DNA of 48,755 bases from a virus (IMGVR_UViG_3300035670_000332:1-48755), one strand, 5' to 3'; numbered from the stretch's first letter, positions 18,536-27,198 are shown. The notes: generated by a model not told the origin, from the letters alone. Translations and numbers: made by a program.

Positions 18536-18705
18536 TGGTTTTGAACGTATATCAAAAATTACAGCTTTGTAGATGCGAGCTACAAAAGATGTGCCTTAAA
18601 AAGTCTGGACAATTGTTAAGTAACATCGACATAAAACGCACTGGAAATGTGTATGTAGAACAAATTGAATATGAAATAAATAAATATAGGGAGGTAAAAA
18701 AATGA
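18535..18705 (+). pseudogene. Truncated ERF-family recombinase N-terminus fused to the duplicated tail of the 17545 gene
   Basis: Reads (MVL)NVYQKLQLCRCELQKMCLKKSG, matching the ERF N-terminal pattern NIYxKLxxxRxELxxxxLKKSG, then runs in frame into repeat copy 2. Confidence 0.6.
18611..18694 (+). repeat. 84-bp direct repeat, copy 2
   Basis: 81/84 identical to 17678-17761; includes the RBS of the next gene. Confidence 0.95.
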
Positions 18706-19607
18706 GCACTTTAACAACATATAACGAAGGGTTTGCTTTTACGCAAGAGCAAATCAAAATAATAAAGTCGCAAATTGCCAAAGGTGCGACTGATGACGAA
18801 TTAAAAATGTTTACAACGATTGCGGAAAAGTACGGATTAGATCCTTTTTTGAAGGAAATTTGGTTCATAAAATCAGTAAAAAAAATCAAAAAAGGAAAGG
18901 ATAATTTTGGAAATGATATTTGGGATTATCCAAGGTTAGCAGATGGAACCGTGGACTATAGCAAGGCAGAAACACTTATATTTACATCTCGGGACGGATA
19001 TCTCAAAGTAGCACAAAGAGATCCTAATTTTACCGGACTTTTGAGTATGGCAGTTTGTGAGGGTGACAGCTTCGAGATTGATGCTGAAAATTACAGAGTG
19101 TCTCATAAATTTGGCGCAAAGCGTGGCAAGCTAATTGGCGCATGGTCAAAGGTTGACCGTGCCGGTAGAAAGCCTGTCATAACATATATCCCAATTGAAG
19201 AATACCGGAGCGAAAAATCCACTGTTTGGAAGCAGTACCCGACAGCCATGATTATAAAAGTTGCCGAGGTACTAGCACTAAAAAGACAGTTCGGCATTTC
19301 CGGACTAGTTACAAAAGAAGAAATGAGTCATACACTTGATGATATTCCACAGGATATCATCGAAGCTGAAATAATTGAAGAACCAAAACCGCAACCCAAA
19401 CCGCAAACGAATTCACAACTAAGCGATAAACAAATACAGCGACTTTTTACAATCGCCAAAAATGCTCAATTATCCGACGATGATATACATACTTGGATTA
19501 ACGGCAGATTTAAAAAAACATCAGTTAAAGAACTTACAACGACAGAATACAACCAACTTTGCGACGCACTCGAAAAATATAAATCAAATTTAGGAGGTAA
19601 CAAATGA
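18702..19607 (+). CDS. bet: RecT/Bet-family single-strand annealing protein
   Basis: ATDDEL.MF...GLDPF.KEIW, SRDGYLKVA and W...P..MI.KVAE..AL motifs. Confidence 0.85.
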   Translation: MSTLTTYNEGFAFTQEQIKIIKSQIAKGATDDELKMFTTIAEKYGLDPFLKEIWFIKSVKKIKKGKDNFGNDIWDYPRLADGTVDYSKAETLIFTSRDGYLKVAQRDPNFTGLLSMAVCEGDSFEIDAENYRVSHKFGAKRGKLIGAWSKVDRAGRKPVITYIPIEEYRSEKSTVWKQYPTAMIIKVAEVLALKRQFGISGLVTKEEMSHTLDDIPQDIIEAEIIEEPKPQPKPQTNSQLSDKQIQRLFTIAKNAQLSDDDIHTWINGRFKKTSVKELTTTEYNQLCDALEKYKSNLGGNK

Positions 19608-19999
19608 ACAAAATAGTATTAATGGGGAGACTGACAAAAGATCCTGAGCTGAGATACACAAACAACAACACAGCGGTTTGCAAATTTACATTAGCAGTAA
19701 ACAGAAGATTTACTAAACAAGGAGAAGAAAAACAAGCAGATTTTATATCAATTGTAGCATGGGACAAGCTTGCAGAATTTTGTGGGAAATATTTTGTAAA
19801 AGGGCAACAAGTTGCTGTTATCGGGAGATTGCAAACTAGAACTTATGATGATAACGAAGGTAACAAACATTACGTTACTGAGGTTATTGCAGATGAAGCT
19901 TATTTTGCAGACAGTAAGAAAAATACAACGCAAGACACAGAAAATAAAGACTTTGGAGATGCTTTTGAAGCTGATAGTGATGTAGAATTGCCATTTTAA
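19604..19999 (+). CDS. ssb: Single-stranded DNA-binding protein
   Basis: MNKIVLMGRLTKDPELRYT...GRLQTR; acidic LPF tail. Confidence 0.95.
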   Translation: MNKIVLMGRLTKDPELRYTNNNTAVCKFTLAVNRRFTKQGEEKQADFISIVAWDKLAEFCGKYFVKGQQVAVIGRLQTRTYDDNEGNKHYVTEVIADEAYFADSKKNTTQDTENKDFGDAFEADSDVELPF

Positions 20000-20018
20000 T
20001 TGGATAGGGGTGGTATAA

Positions 20019-20846
20019 TTGCCTGATATTAAGTGGATTAAGATACTAACAACAATGTTCGATGATGAAAAGATTAGGTTAATCGAAAGCATGCCTGACA
20101 GAGACACAATTTTAGTCATTTGGATAAAACTACTAGCACAAGCTGGAAAATGTAACGCCAGCGGATATTTACTACTTGCCCAAAACATACCATATACCGA
20201 TGAAATGCTTAGCACAATCTTTAATAGACCGCTTAATACAGTGCGAATGGCTTTAGAAACATTTAAAACCTTTGGTATGATTGACTGTGATAATTCATCG
20301 ATTGTAATAGCCAACTGGGAGAAGCATCAAAATACATATGGAATGGAACTTATCAGGGAGCAGTCAAAGAGAAGAGTGCAAAAACATAGAGAAAAATTAA
20401 AAGAATTAAAACAATGTAACGTTACATGTAACGCTACAGTAACGCACTGTAACGCACTAGATATAGATAAAGAATTAGATATAGATAAAGATATAAATAA
20501 AGATAATACATTGTCAACGGATAGCTCCATTGACCGTGTTCCTTATCAAAAAATAGTTGATTTGTATAACAGTATTTGCAACACTTTACCGACAGTTAAG
20601 GACTTGACAAACAAAAGAAAAGACGTTTTAAGAGTGTGTTATCGTGAAAAGAAAAGCATTCAGTACTTTGAAGAGTTGTTTAACAAAGTAAATTCCAGTG
20701 ATTTTCTAACTGGAAGAGATGGGAAATGGCATAAGTGTTGTTTTGACTGGATTATAAAGCCTTCTAACAGGCAAAAAATATTAGAAGGTAATTACGATAA
20801 CCGGGAGAAACTATTTAACAAATTATCGTCAAATCCATTTGATTAA
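20019..20846 (+). CDS. Phage replisome organizer / replication initiator
   Basis: IKWIKI...MFDDEKI..I, IWIKLL..AG and NWEKHQ motifs; C-terminal FDWIIKP.N..KILEGNY. Confidence 0.9.
   Translation: MPDIKWIKILTTMFDDEKIRLIESMPDRDTILVIWIKLLAQAGKCNASGYLLLAQNIPYTDEMLSTIFNRPLNTVRMALETFKTFGMIDCDNSSIVIANWEKHQNTYGMELIREQSKRRVQKHREKLKELKQCNVTCNATVTHCNALDIDKELDIDKDINKDNTLSTDSSIDRVPYQKIVDLYNSICNTLPTVKDLTNKRKDVLRVCYREKKSIQYFEELFNKVNSSDFLTGRDGKWHKCCFDWIIKPSNRQKILEGNYDNREKLFNKLSSNPFD
20414..20505. promoter_or_regulatory. Probable replication origin inside the initiator gene
   Basis: Palindrome ATGTAACGTTACAT and four GTAACG iterons, followed by AT-rich GATATAGATAAAGA repeats. Same layout as lambda O-type origins. 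Confidence 0.6.
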
Positions 20847-20857
20847 GGGGGTGTAGA

Positions 20858-21394
20858 ATGACAGCAGATGAAACCAAAACAGTATTAAAGCTACTCAGAG
20901 TAGCATATCCGAATTTTTACCGTAACATTACAGCCAAGGAAGCAAACGACATAATCGACGTATGGGCTGTAATGTTTGAAGATGAACCTTTGCCACTTGT
21001 GTTAGAAGCAGTAAAAGCGACAATTGCCACGAAGAAAGACTTTCCGCCAGACATAGCAACGATAAAAGAGAAAATACAGCTTATCACACAACCATGCGAA
21101 ATGACAGAGATTGAGGCATGGAATATCGTTAAAAAAGCGGTATCAGTATATAACACTCAAGAAAATTTTGAACGACTACCCGAAACACTGCAAAAACTTG
21201 TAGGAAGTCCGTCGCAACTAAGGGAATGGGGATTGATGGACAGTGAAACATTCGGAAGCGTAGTACAAAGCAATTTTATGAGGTCGTATAAGGCAAGAAT
21301 ACAGCAGAAAAAACAATTACAAGCATTGCCTGAAAGCACGAAAAAAATGATAAAAATGTTATCAAACAATTTAAAAATGATTGAAGGTGGATAA
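20858..21394 (+). CDS. Replicative helicase loader/inhibitor (SPP1 G39P-like)
   Basis: AYPNFY, W..MF.D, FPP.IA.I and VQSNFMRSY motifs; follows the initiator. Confidence 0.8.
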   Translation: MTADETKTVLKLLRVAYPNFYRNITAKEANDIIDVWAVMFEDEPLPLVLEAVKATIATKKDFPPDIATIKEKIQLITQPCEMTEIEAWNIVKKAVSVYNTQENFERLPETLQKLVGSPSQLREWGLMDSETFGSVVQSNFMRSYKARIQQKKQLQALPESTKKMIKMLSNNLKMIEGG

Positions 21395-21396
21395 AA

Positions 21397-21588
21397 ATGT
21401 ATGGCATATACGACGAATTTAACAAAGCTTTATTAATCGGCAAATGGGAACATCGTGAGATAGCGCAGATAATAGCGAATGGTCTAAACGCCAATTTAAG
21501 AAAAAAGAACAACAAAAGTAAAGAAGAAAACTTGTCAACGGATAGATACAAGGTAGTACCAATAGATCAAAGGGGGATAAAGATATGA
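21397..21588 (+). CDS. Hypothetical protein
   Basis: 63 aa; tiles the operon. Confidence 0.5.
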   Translation: MYGIYDEFNKALLIGKWEHREIAQIIANGLNANLRKKNNKSKEENLSTDRYKVVPIDQRGIKI

Positions 21589-22049
21589 ATAAAACAAGAA
21601 AAACACGCACAAGCAATGAAAGGATAAACAATATCAGAGAGCTATTTTCGCAGGGTCTGAAACCGCTCGAGATTGCAAGACAGATCGGAGCATGTACTCG
21701 AACTATAAAAAAATTCACTAAAGGCATGGAAAAGCCCAAAAGACAAATAAACTTTACAATGCCAGACAAAAAATTATCTAAACGCCAACAATCAGTATAT
21801 TTATATCGTGCAGGTGTGAGGATAGACGATATAATCAAGGTTACCAAAAACTCATACATATACGACATGCTAAAAAAAGATGACATCGAAGAACGCATAA
21901 GAAATGGCGGTAAAGTTAGTATTGATATTATGTATGAGTTTGGATTAATGAGCTATGATGATGAACCAAAGGCTATAAAGACAGTGCAATACATATCGCT
22001 GGTTGATAAAGCAATTAATGATTGGAAGCAAAGGAAGGTGGCAAAATGA
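21585..22049 (+). CDS. HTH DNA-binding protein
   Basis: IRELFSQGLKPLEIARQIGACTRTIKK HTH, with a second HTH-like segment. Confidence 0.65.
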   Translation: MNKTRKTRTSNERINNIRELFSQGLKPLEIARQIGACTRTIKKFTKGMEKPKRQINFTMPDKKLSKRQQSVYLYRAGVRIDDIIKVTKNSYIYDMLKKDDIEERIRNGGKVSIDIMYEFGLMSYDDEPKAIKTVQYISLVDKAINDWKQRKVAK

Positions 22050-22477
22050 TACAGTTTTCAGTTGCAGGAAATCCAGTCGGGAAAGCAAGAGCAAGAACAT
22101 TTTTTAACGAAAAAGGGGAACACGTAGTAACCACAACACCGGATAAAACGGTATTATATCAAAATTTAGTTAAGGTAATTGCACTAGAATCCATGAAAAA
22201 TAACAACATTGAGTTGACCGAAGAACCTGTATCAATGGAAATAAAGGCATATTATCAAATACCGAAAAGCGCAACCAAGAAACTAAAAGCATTGATGGCA
22301 GAAAATAAACTGCTACCATGCAAAAAGCCCGACATTGATAACGTAATAAAAATTATAGCTGACTCGCTAAATGGGATTGCATACAAGGACGATACTCAGA
22401 TCGTAAAATTAACAGCACACAAACTATACTCAGACAATCCGAGAGTAGAAATAAAATTAAACATTGTACAAGCTTAA
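22046..22477 (+). CDS. rusA: RusA-family Holliday junction resolvase
   Basis: P.GKARAR and KKPDIDNVIK...DSLNGIAYKDDTQIV. Start moved to ATG 22046. Confidence 0.92.
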   Translation: MIQFSVAGNPVGKARARTFFNEKGEHVVTTTPDKTVLYQNLVKVIALESMKNNNIELTEEPVSMEIKAYYQIPKSATKKLKALMAENKLLPCKKPDIDNVIKIIADSLNGIAYKDDTQIVKLTAHKLYSDNPRVEIKLNIVQA

Positions 22478-22592
22478 AATATATATCTACAAAGCGCATA
22501 GACCTATCTAATTTTAAAATAATTATTAAAAACGACTAATTACTAATAATAAATATTAATACGCTAAAATCAAAAGATAGATAGGTCTATGA

Positions 22593-22889
22593 ATGAAATC
22601 AAAATATAACTGGATTGGAGGTATAAAATTGAAAATTAAAAAAGAGTGGAGAAGTGCAAAGGGGATAACTCCGCAAAGTTTAGAAACGAATGATGGGACA
22701 TGGGGCATTAAAATAGTTGATGATGATTTTTTTGAATTATATCACTACGACAAAGAGGTCGGAGTGGATGACAAAATAAATTTCGACTCAGAAGAATTGG
22801 AAACATTAATTAACATTCTTACAGCAGCAAGAAATATAAATCCGTTTACTTTTGAAGCAATACAAAAACATATAAATAATAAAAAATAA
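22593..22889 (+). CDS. Hypothetical protein
   Basis: Probable TTG start at 22629, after GGAGG. Confidence 0.55.
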   Translation: MKSKYNWIGGIKLKIKKEWRSAKGITPQSLETNDGTWGIKIVDDDFFELYHYDKEVGVDDKINFDSEELETLINILTAARNINPFTFEAIQKHINNKK

Positions 22890-22898
22890 TAAAAAGGG

Positions 22899-23159
22899 GT
22901 GCTAATAATGGGTAAATTATCAAACAGTGATTACAAAAAAATGGAATGGGAAATCTCAAACGATGGAAACAAAAAAATAACAGTATTATGGGGACAAGCA
23001 AGCATTGCATATTCAGAAGGGAAATTAATTATTGCTTATGATGGAACAGAATACCAGAGATTTAATAATAGACCGTATGAACATTTGAATACACGCCAAA
23101 CGCTGGGAAATGTGACAGAAAAGCAAATTAGGGGAGAATGGACGATAGTGGGTGGTTAG
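22899..23159 (+). CDS. Hypothetical protein
   Basis: 86 aa with an RBS. Confidence 0.5.
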   Translation: MLIMGKLSNSDYKKMEWEISNDGNKKITVLWGQASIAYSEGKLIIAYDGTEYQRFNNRPYEHLNTRQTLGNVTEKQIRGEWTIVGG

Positions 23160-23419
23160 TATTGTGGTGTAGTAGATATGAGTGTTGGAGTCATGAGTCA
23201 CAATGTCGGCTTGATTGCTGGCATTGTGACAAATCTATAAATGCGATAGGCGAGTCATACTGGGATTGCGAGGACGATATAAAAAAACAGGTGTCGGGAC
23301 ATGTATTTGAAAGCTTATCGCAAGATGAATTGAAAAATAGGAGGGGTATAAATGAGAAAAAGAAAAAACAAAAACGTGGTAAGGTTGCCACTACAAATAA
23401 CAAGAGAAATGTTGATTGA
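23138..23419 (+). CDS. Cys/Trp-rich hypothetical protein
   Basis: 93 aa; overlaps both neighbours. Confidence 0.4.
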   Translation: MDDSGWLVLWCSRYECWSHESQCRLDCWHCDKSINAIGESYWDCEDDIKKQVSGHVFESLSQDELKNRRGINEKKKKQKRGKVATTNNKRNVD

Positions 23420-23549
23420 CGTTGACTACAAAGGATTTTATTTTGACTATGATTTATATAAGTTTTTGGGATTAAATGATTTGGTAATGTTTAGGAATAT
23501 TAAACAAACACAACATGAGGCGATAGTGCACATAAAAAAGGTGGTGTAA
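23352..23549 (+). CDS. Hypothetical protein
   Basis: 65 aa; AGGAGG RBS. Confidence 0.5.
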   Translation: MRKRKNKNVVRLPLQITREMLIDVDYKGFYFDYDLYKFLGLNDLVMFRNIKQTQHEAIVHIKKVV

Positions 23550-23550
23550 A

Positions 23551-24000
23551 ATGTATAAAGATAAAATAATAATGTACTTTGATTATGACGAGTTAAAAGA
23601 CAAAATTATGAAAAAAATAGAAGGGTTAAAGCAACAAAGAGACTATACACACGACACATTAAAAGCCATAAAATACAAACAAACACCAACAAGTAAAACA
23701 ACATCAAGCATAGCTGAGGATAGTTGTCTCGATGTTACCGAGATAGTACAGAATATAGACAAATTAATTATTGATGGATTAATAATGATGCATGATTTGA
23801 CAGAAAACTACAACGAACTTGACCCGATAGTAAAAAAAATGAGCGAAACAGAAAAAAAGATCATATATTGCAGGGCAAACGACTATACTTGGTATTACAC
23901 GTCAAAAAAAGCGAACAAAAGCATATCACAATGCAAACGCATATATAACGACCTACAAGCGAACCTAAAATTAACCAAATTAGGCAATAAAACCTATTGA
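23551..24000 (+). CDS. Late transcription regulator (ArpU/RinA-like)
   Basis: 149 aa with a C-terminal HTH (TW...SKKANKSISQCKRI); last gene of the replication module. Confidence 0.6.
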   Translation: MYKDKIIMYFDYDELKDKIMKKIEGLKQQRDYTHDTLKAIKYKQTPTSKTTSSIAEDSCLDVTEIVQNIDKLIIDGLIMMHDLTENYNELDPIVKKMSETEKKIIYCRANDYTWYYTSKKANKSISQCKRIYNDLQANLKLTKLGNKTY

Positions 24001-24060
24001 AATTATGGATAAGCTGTGTTAAGATAATAATAGAGATACATATTACATCCAAACGATACG

Positions 24061-24093
24061 CACTCGACACCCCCTGTCGAGTGTATTTTTTTT
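24061..24093 (+). terminator. Rho-independent terminator
   Basis: CACTCGACA-CCCCC-TGTCGAGTG followed by a T-tract. Confidence 0.85.
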
Positions 24094-24109
24094 AAATAGA
24101 GGTAGTACA

Positions 24110-24454
24110 ATGGAAAATTTTAATAAAAAATTAGACAAATGGGAAAAACAAACAAATGATATGATAAATAGTGGTGGTCAATCGTGTATCACGACAGCAG
24201 CACCGCTCCCACCTTGCAGATTTGCAAACTTTTGTTACCAGTTAAGAGGTAAAAAAAATATACATTCGGTATTTAGCGACGTTATTGCTGAATATAACAT
24301 AAAAGAAGATGCAATAACACATTTTGAAAATTTTGATAATAAAGAATACAAATACATATCAGTAATAGAAAGAAGCTCAGGAGATGCCGACGGCTACAGT
24401 CATGGCGGTAATGGTTATTCCGTATTAATTTCAAAATACATAAATACTAATTAG
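24110..24454 (+). CDS. Hypothetical protein
   Basis: 114 aa; GAGG RBS; bracketed by terminators. Confidence 0.55.
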   Translation: MENFNKKLDKWEKQTNDMINSGGQSCITTAAPLPPCRFANFCYQLRGKKNIHSVFSDVIAEYNIKEDAITHFENFDNKEYKYISVIERSSGDADGYSHGGNGYSVLISKYINTN

Positions 24455-24463
24455 CCCCCCCTT

Positions 24464-24533
24464 ACCCTCATTCGAGGGTTTTTTATTTTGCGAAGGTCGA
24501 GCAGTTACCCGATAGCTCCCTTCGCATTTTTTT
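24464..24533 (+). terminator. Two tandem hairpins with T-tracts
   Basis: ACCCTC-ATTC-GAGGGT-T5, then TGCGAAGG...CCTTCGCA-T7. Confidence 0.65.
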
Positions 24534-24554
24534 AACACGATAGGGAGGGAATAT

Positions 24555-25334
24555 ATGTTAACATTAATCAGACATGAATTACCAAGAAATTACAGTGAAA
24601 TTGAAATATATCCGGTATCAGATGTGCATGTGGGCGATAGTAATACAGACATAAAATTATTTGAGGATTTCCTTGACTTTGTGATTAAAGAACCAAATAG
24701 GTATATAACACTCCAGGGTGACTTGATGAATAACGCTCTGAAATCATCTGTAAGCAACTGTTACAACGAAACAATGTCGCCAAGTCAGCAAAAAGAGTAT
24801 CTTATCAAAAAATTAAGACCCGTTAAAGATAGGATACTTTGTTTTGTGCCAGGCAATCACGAATACCGATCGACGAAAGATGCAGACAATAAACCAATCT
24901 ACGATATAGCACTAGCGCTAGAAAAGGAAATGTATTACAGAGAAAACGGCGCATTTATAAAAATAAGTTTTGGCAAAAATAGAACAACAAGTAACGGACT
25001 GACTACATATGTTTTGTATTGTACACATGGCAGCGGTGGCGGTAAAGCGACAGGCGGTAGTATAAATAATTTAGAGTCATACGCCAATAGCATTGACAAT
25101 GTTGATATAGTAATTATGGGTCATGTACACAGAAAAGCATCTACAAAAATAAGCAAAGTTGTTGTAGATGTGCATAACAACGTGATAAGACAAAAAGATG
25201 TGCTATGTTTTATTTCGCCAGCATGGCAGGATTACGGCGGCTATGGCATGAGACACATGTTTAAACCAACATCAAAAGGTTTCAGCACGATAGTGCTAAA
25301 CGGGAAACAAAAAGAATTCAATGCGATAGTATAA
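24555..25334 (+). CDS. Calcineurin-like metallophosphoesterase
   Basis: DVHVG, GDLMN, GNHE, THG and GHVH motifs. Confidence 0.9.
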   Translation: MLTLIRHELPRNYSEIEIYPVSDVHVGDSNTDIKLFEDFLDFVIKEPNRYITLQGDLMNNALKSSVSNCYNETMSPSQQKEYLIKKLRPVKDRILCFVPGNHEYRSTKDADNKPIYDIALALEKEMYYRENGAFIKISFGKNRTTSNGLTTYVLYCTHGSGGGKATGGSINNLESYANSIDNVDIVIMGHVHRKASTKISKVVVDVHNNVIRQKDVLCFISPAWQDYGGYGMRHMFKPTSKGFSTIVLNGKQKEFNAIV

Positions 25335-25344
25335 AAAATGGCAT

Positions 25345-25369
25345 AAAAAAAAGACCCGGTTAAGGGTCT
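25345..25369 (-). terminator. Rho-independent terminator for the leftward cassette
   Basis: A8-GACCC-GGTTAA-GGGTCT. Confidence 0.75.
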
Positions 25370-25700
25370 AACAGAAACAATCTGAAACTCTGGTGATTTT
25401 TCGGACTGTCAACATTGACATGTCAACGTCCTGATGCGGACTTGTAAATCCGTCATCCTTGCGTGTGCTCATGCCTTGCTTAATTGAAAAACAAAGGCAT
25501 GACTCTCCAACAGCAAGACCGGGAAATAAATTACTGTCAGCTTTTACAGCTCCAAGAGCCTCAACAATGGCTCTTGTGTCAGGGTGTCCGATATAATGGG
25601 GAACACCTGTTATATCTGGTAAAGTCTTAAGCTCTACCACCTTGTATTGACCGTCCAGTGGTAGGACGGTTGTACTTAGAATCCCCTTTAAATTATTCAT
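25368..25700 (-). CDS. DUF1874 / YddF / AcrIII-1-like protein (putative cA4 ring nuclease)
   Basis: 110 aa. LSTTVL..DG.YK, YIGHPDT, GE..LCFSI and C-terminal ITRV match the YddF/STIV B116 pattern as I recall it. Confidence 0.7.
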   Translation of the reverse strand: MNNLKGILSTTVLPLDGQYKVVELKTLPDITGVPHYIGHPDTRAIVEALGAVKADSNLFPGLAVGESCLCFSIKQGMSTRKDDGFTSPHQDVDMSMLTVRKITRVSDCFC

Positions 25701-25724
25701 TATATTACCTCCTCAAAATTATTT

Positions 25725-25781
25725 CCGCTATTCCCACGGCGTCAGGTATGCACTTTTACGCCTCATACCCAAGACGTGCGG
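25725..25781 (-). ncRNA. Candidate structured RNA in the leader of the DUF1874-like gene
   Basis: GC-rich nested stems CCGC/GCGG, CGTC/GACG and GGTATG/CATACC. Confidence 0.35.
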
Positions 25782-25782
25782 T

Positions 25783-26013
25783 TTACCACCGCTTCACAAA
25801 GTCCTCAGCCTCCGACTTTGTGAACAGCTGAACCCTCTCAGGCTCAACCCACGGCTCAGTTATAGCCGTGACATAACGAGGCAAATTGCGCTCGTTATGA
25901 ATTTCACCTGATGTCACCAATTCGGTGACATCATCTATTTCTGGGTTGACAACACCGCAATTTACGGTGCTGTCAATTCTGACAGCATAGTATTTCATAA
26001 TTACACCCCCCAA
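25783..26013 (-). CDS. Small acidic hypothetical protein
   Basis: Probable start at MKYYAVR; co-operonic with the DUF1874-like gene. Confidence 0.6.
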   Translation of the reverse strand: MGGVIMKYYAVRIDSTVNCGVVNPEIDDVTELVTSGEIHNERNLPRYVTAITEPWVEPERVQLFTKSEAEDFVKRW

Positions 26014-26360
26014 ACCTTAGCGAGCCTGTCAAGCTCGTTAATATTTTCAACATCTTCAACAATACCAGCTTGGTCACGATAGCAGCGCAATATTGCATCT
26101 GCTACTTGGCGGCAACTTGGATGTTTTCCAAGTGTCTCACCTGCTCTCAGTATTCCGTTGACATAACGGAATACTACAAGCCCCCTGCCATCTCTGACAA
26201 GGTGCGCTTCGCCAACTAGCGGCGAAGCATTCCACCAATGTTTTATAAAGACATTGGCGTTTTCAATATCTGTGTCGCAAGTTATCCCATTGCGACACTT
26301 TGCAAGCTTCATCAAGTCTGTTGCCAGACTTAAGTTTGAAAATTTAAAATTTTTATTCAT
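26001..26360 (-). CDS. Hypothetical protein
   Basis: 119 aa; AAAGGAGG RBS; first gene after a strong promoter. Confidence 0.7.
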   Translation of the reverse strand: MNKNFKFSNLSLATDLMKLAKCRNGITCDTDIENANVFIKHWWNASPLVGEAHLVRDGRGLVVFRYVNGILRAGETLGKHPSCRQVADAILRCYRDQAGIVEDVENINELDRLAKVWGV

Positions 26361-26408
26361 ATTATTACTCCTCCTTTGTCGAGGGTGCTCGTGTCACCCT
26401 CTATTATT

Positions 26409-26437
26409 ATAATATCATAATGCACTTACAATGTCAA
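26409..26437 (-). promoter_or_regulatory. Strong sigmaA-type promoter, copy 1
   Basis: TTGACA-N17-TATTAT with an extended TG; shares TGTATTGACATTGTAA with the other two copies. Confidence 0.85.
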
Positions 26438-26441
26438 TACA

Positions 26442-26630
26442 TTATGATAAATTATTTTGTGATTGTAATGCTGCTATTATATTAGTAGATACATCTAATG
26501 TAACTATTAGTCTAATGTAGCTTGTAATGTCAAGACTGAGCTTGTCGGCTTGTTGTCTCAATAGATGCTTGTCTGTATCAGATAGCCTGATACATAAGTT
26601 GCTATTTTTTATATTTTTCATAATTATCAC
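26442..26630 (-). CDS. Ribbon-helix-helix regulator
   Basis: LCIRLSDTDKHLLRQQADKLSLDITSYIR RHH pattern; AAGGAGG RBS. Confidence 0.75.
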   Translation of the reverse strand: MIIMKNIKNSNLCIRLSDTDKHLLRQQADKLSLDITSYIRLIVTLDVSTNIIAALQSQNNLS

Positions 26631-26740
26631 CTCCTTATATATATTTTACTACATTATATATGTAATTACAATGTAATTATTATTTGACTTTTTTGCATAT
26701 TATTTAATTTGTTATGTGTTTTTATGTTTTTATGTTTGTA

Positions 26741-26769
26741 TTGACATTGTAATGATTATATGATATGAT
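26741..26769 (+). promoter_or_regulatory. Strong sigmaA-type promoter, copy 2
   Basis: TTGACA-N17-TATGAT with an extended TG. Confidence 0.85.
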
Positions 26770-26800
26770 TAATATATAATAAAAACAAGGGGGATTGAGC

Positions 26801-26941
26801 ATGACAAAGATTAATAAAGATACAATAAGACTATCACAAGAAACACAGCTTAAAATTAAACAGGTTAAAGCAGCATTGGAGAGGCTTAAATGCGAAGGTT
26901 GCGCATGGAAGAGCAAAGAAAATTGTAAAGAGTGTGAATAA
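26801..26941 (+). CDS. Small protein with a Cys-rich C-terminus (46 aa, not in ORF track)
   Basis: MTKINKDT...CEGC...CKEC; AAGGGGG RBS; directly after the promoter. Confidence 0.6.
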   Translation: MTKINKDTIRLSQETQLKIKQVKAALERLKCEGCAWKSKENCKECE

Positions 26942-26960
26942 AACAAGGGGAGGGAATATT

Positions 26961-27185
26961 ATGAATAATAAAATTAGGCTACAAAGCGTTGGATGGGTAC
27001 CAGCAAGACAAGCGAACGAGATAAAAGTAGGTGATAGACTGATGTGGAATTTTGGTTCCGTGTACACAGTCGAAAAGGTAGTACAGAGCAAGACGGGAAA
27101 AACAATTGAAATCACAGAAAAAAGCTCAGAAGGAAAAGCATATACAAGAAAACTTGGAAGTACAAGGCTAGTTTGCATTTTATAA
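26961..27185 (+). CDS. Small basic beta-rich hypothetical protein
   Basis: Start moved to ATG 26961; A.EIKVGD..MWNFG motif. Confidence 0.65.
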   Translation: MNNKIRLQSVGWVPARQANEIKVGDRLMWNFGSVYTVEKVVQSKTGKTIEITEKSSEGKAYTRKLGSTRLVCIL

Positions 27186-27198
27186 TAATAGCAATATT

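Noticed and set aside
20511-21545. 14-bp match TTGTCAACGGATAG at about 20511 and 21532
   Set aside because: Only two copies, both inside coding sequence (LSTD), with no regulatory context; may be chance.
25908-25935. CTGATG plus hairpin GATGTCACC/GGTGACATC as a hammerhead ribozyme
   Set aside because: Lacks the CUGANGA...GAAA core and lies within a coding region on the opposite strand.
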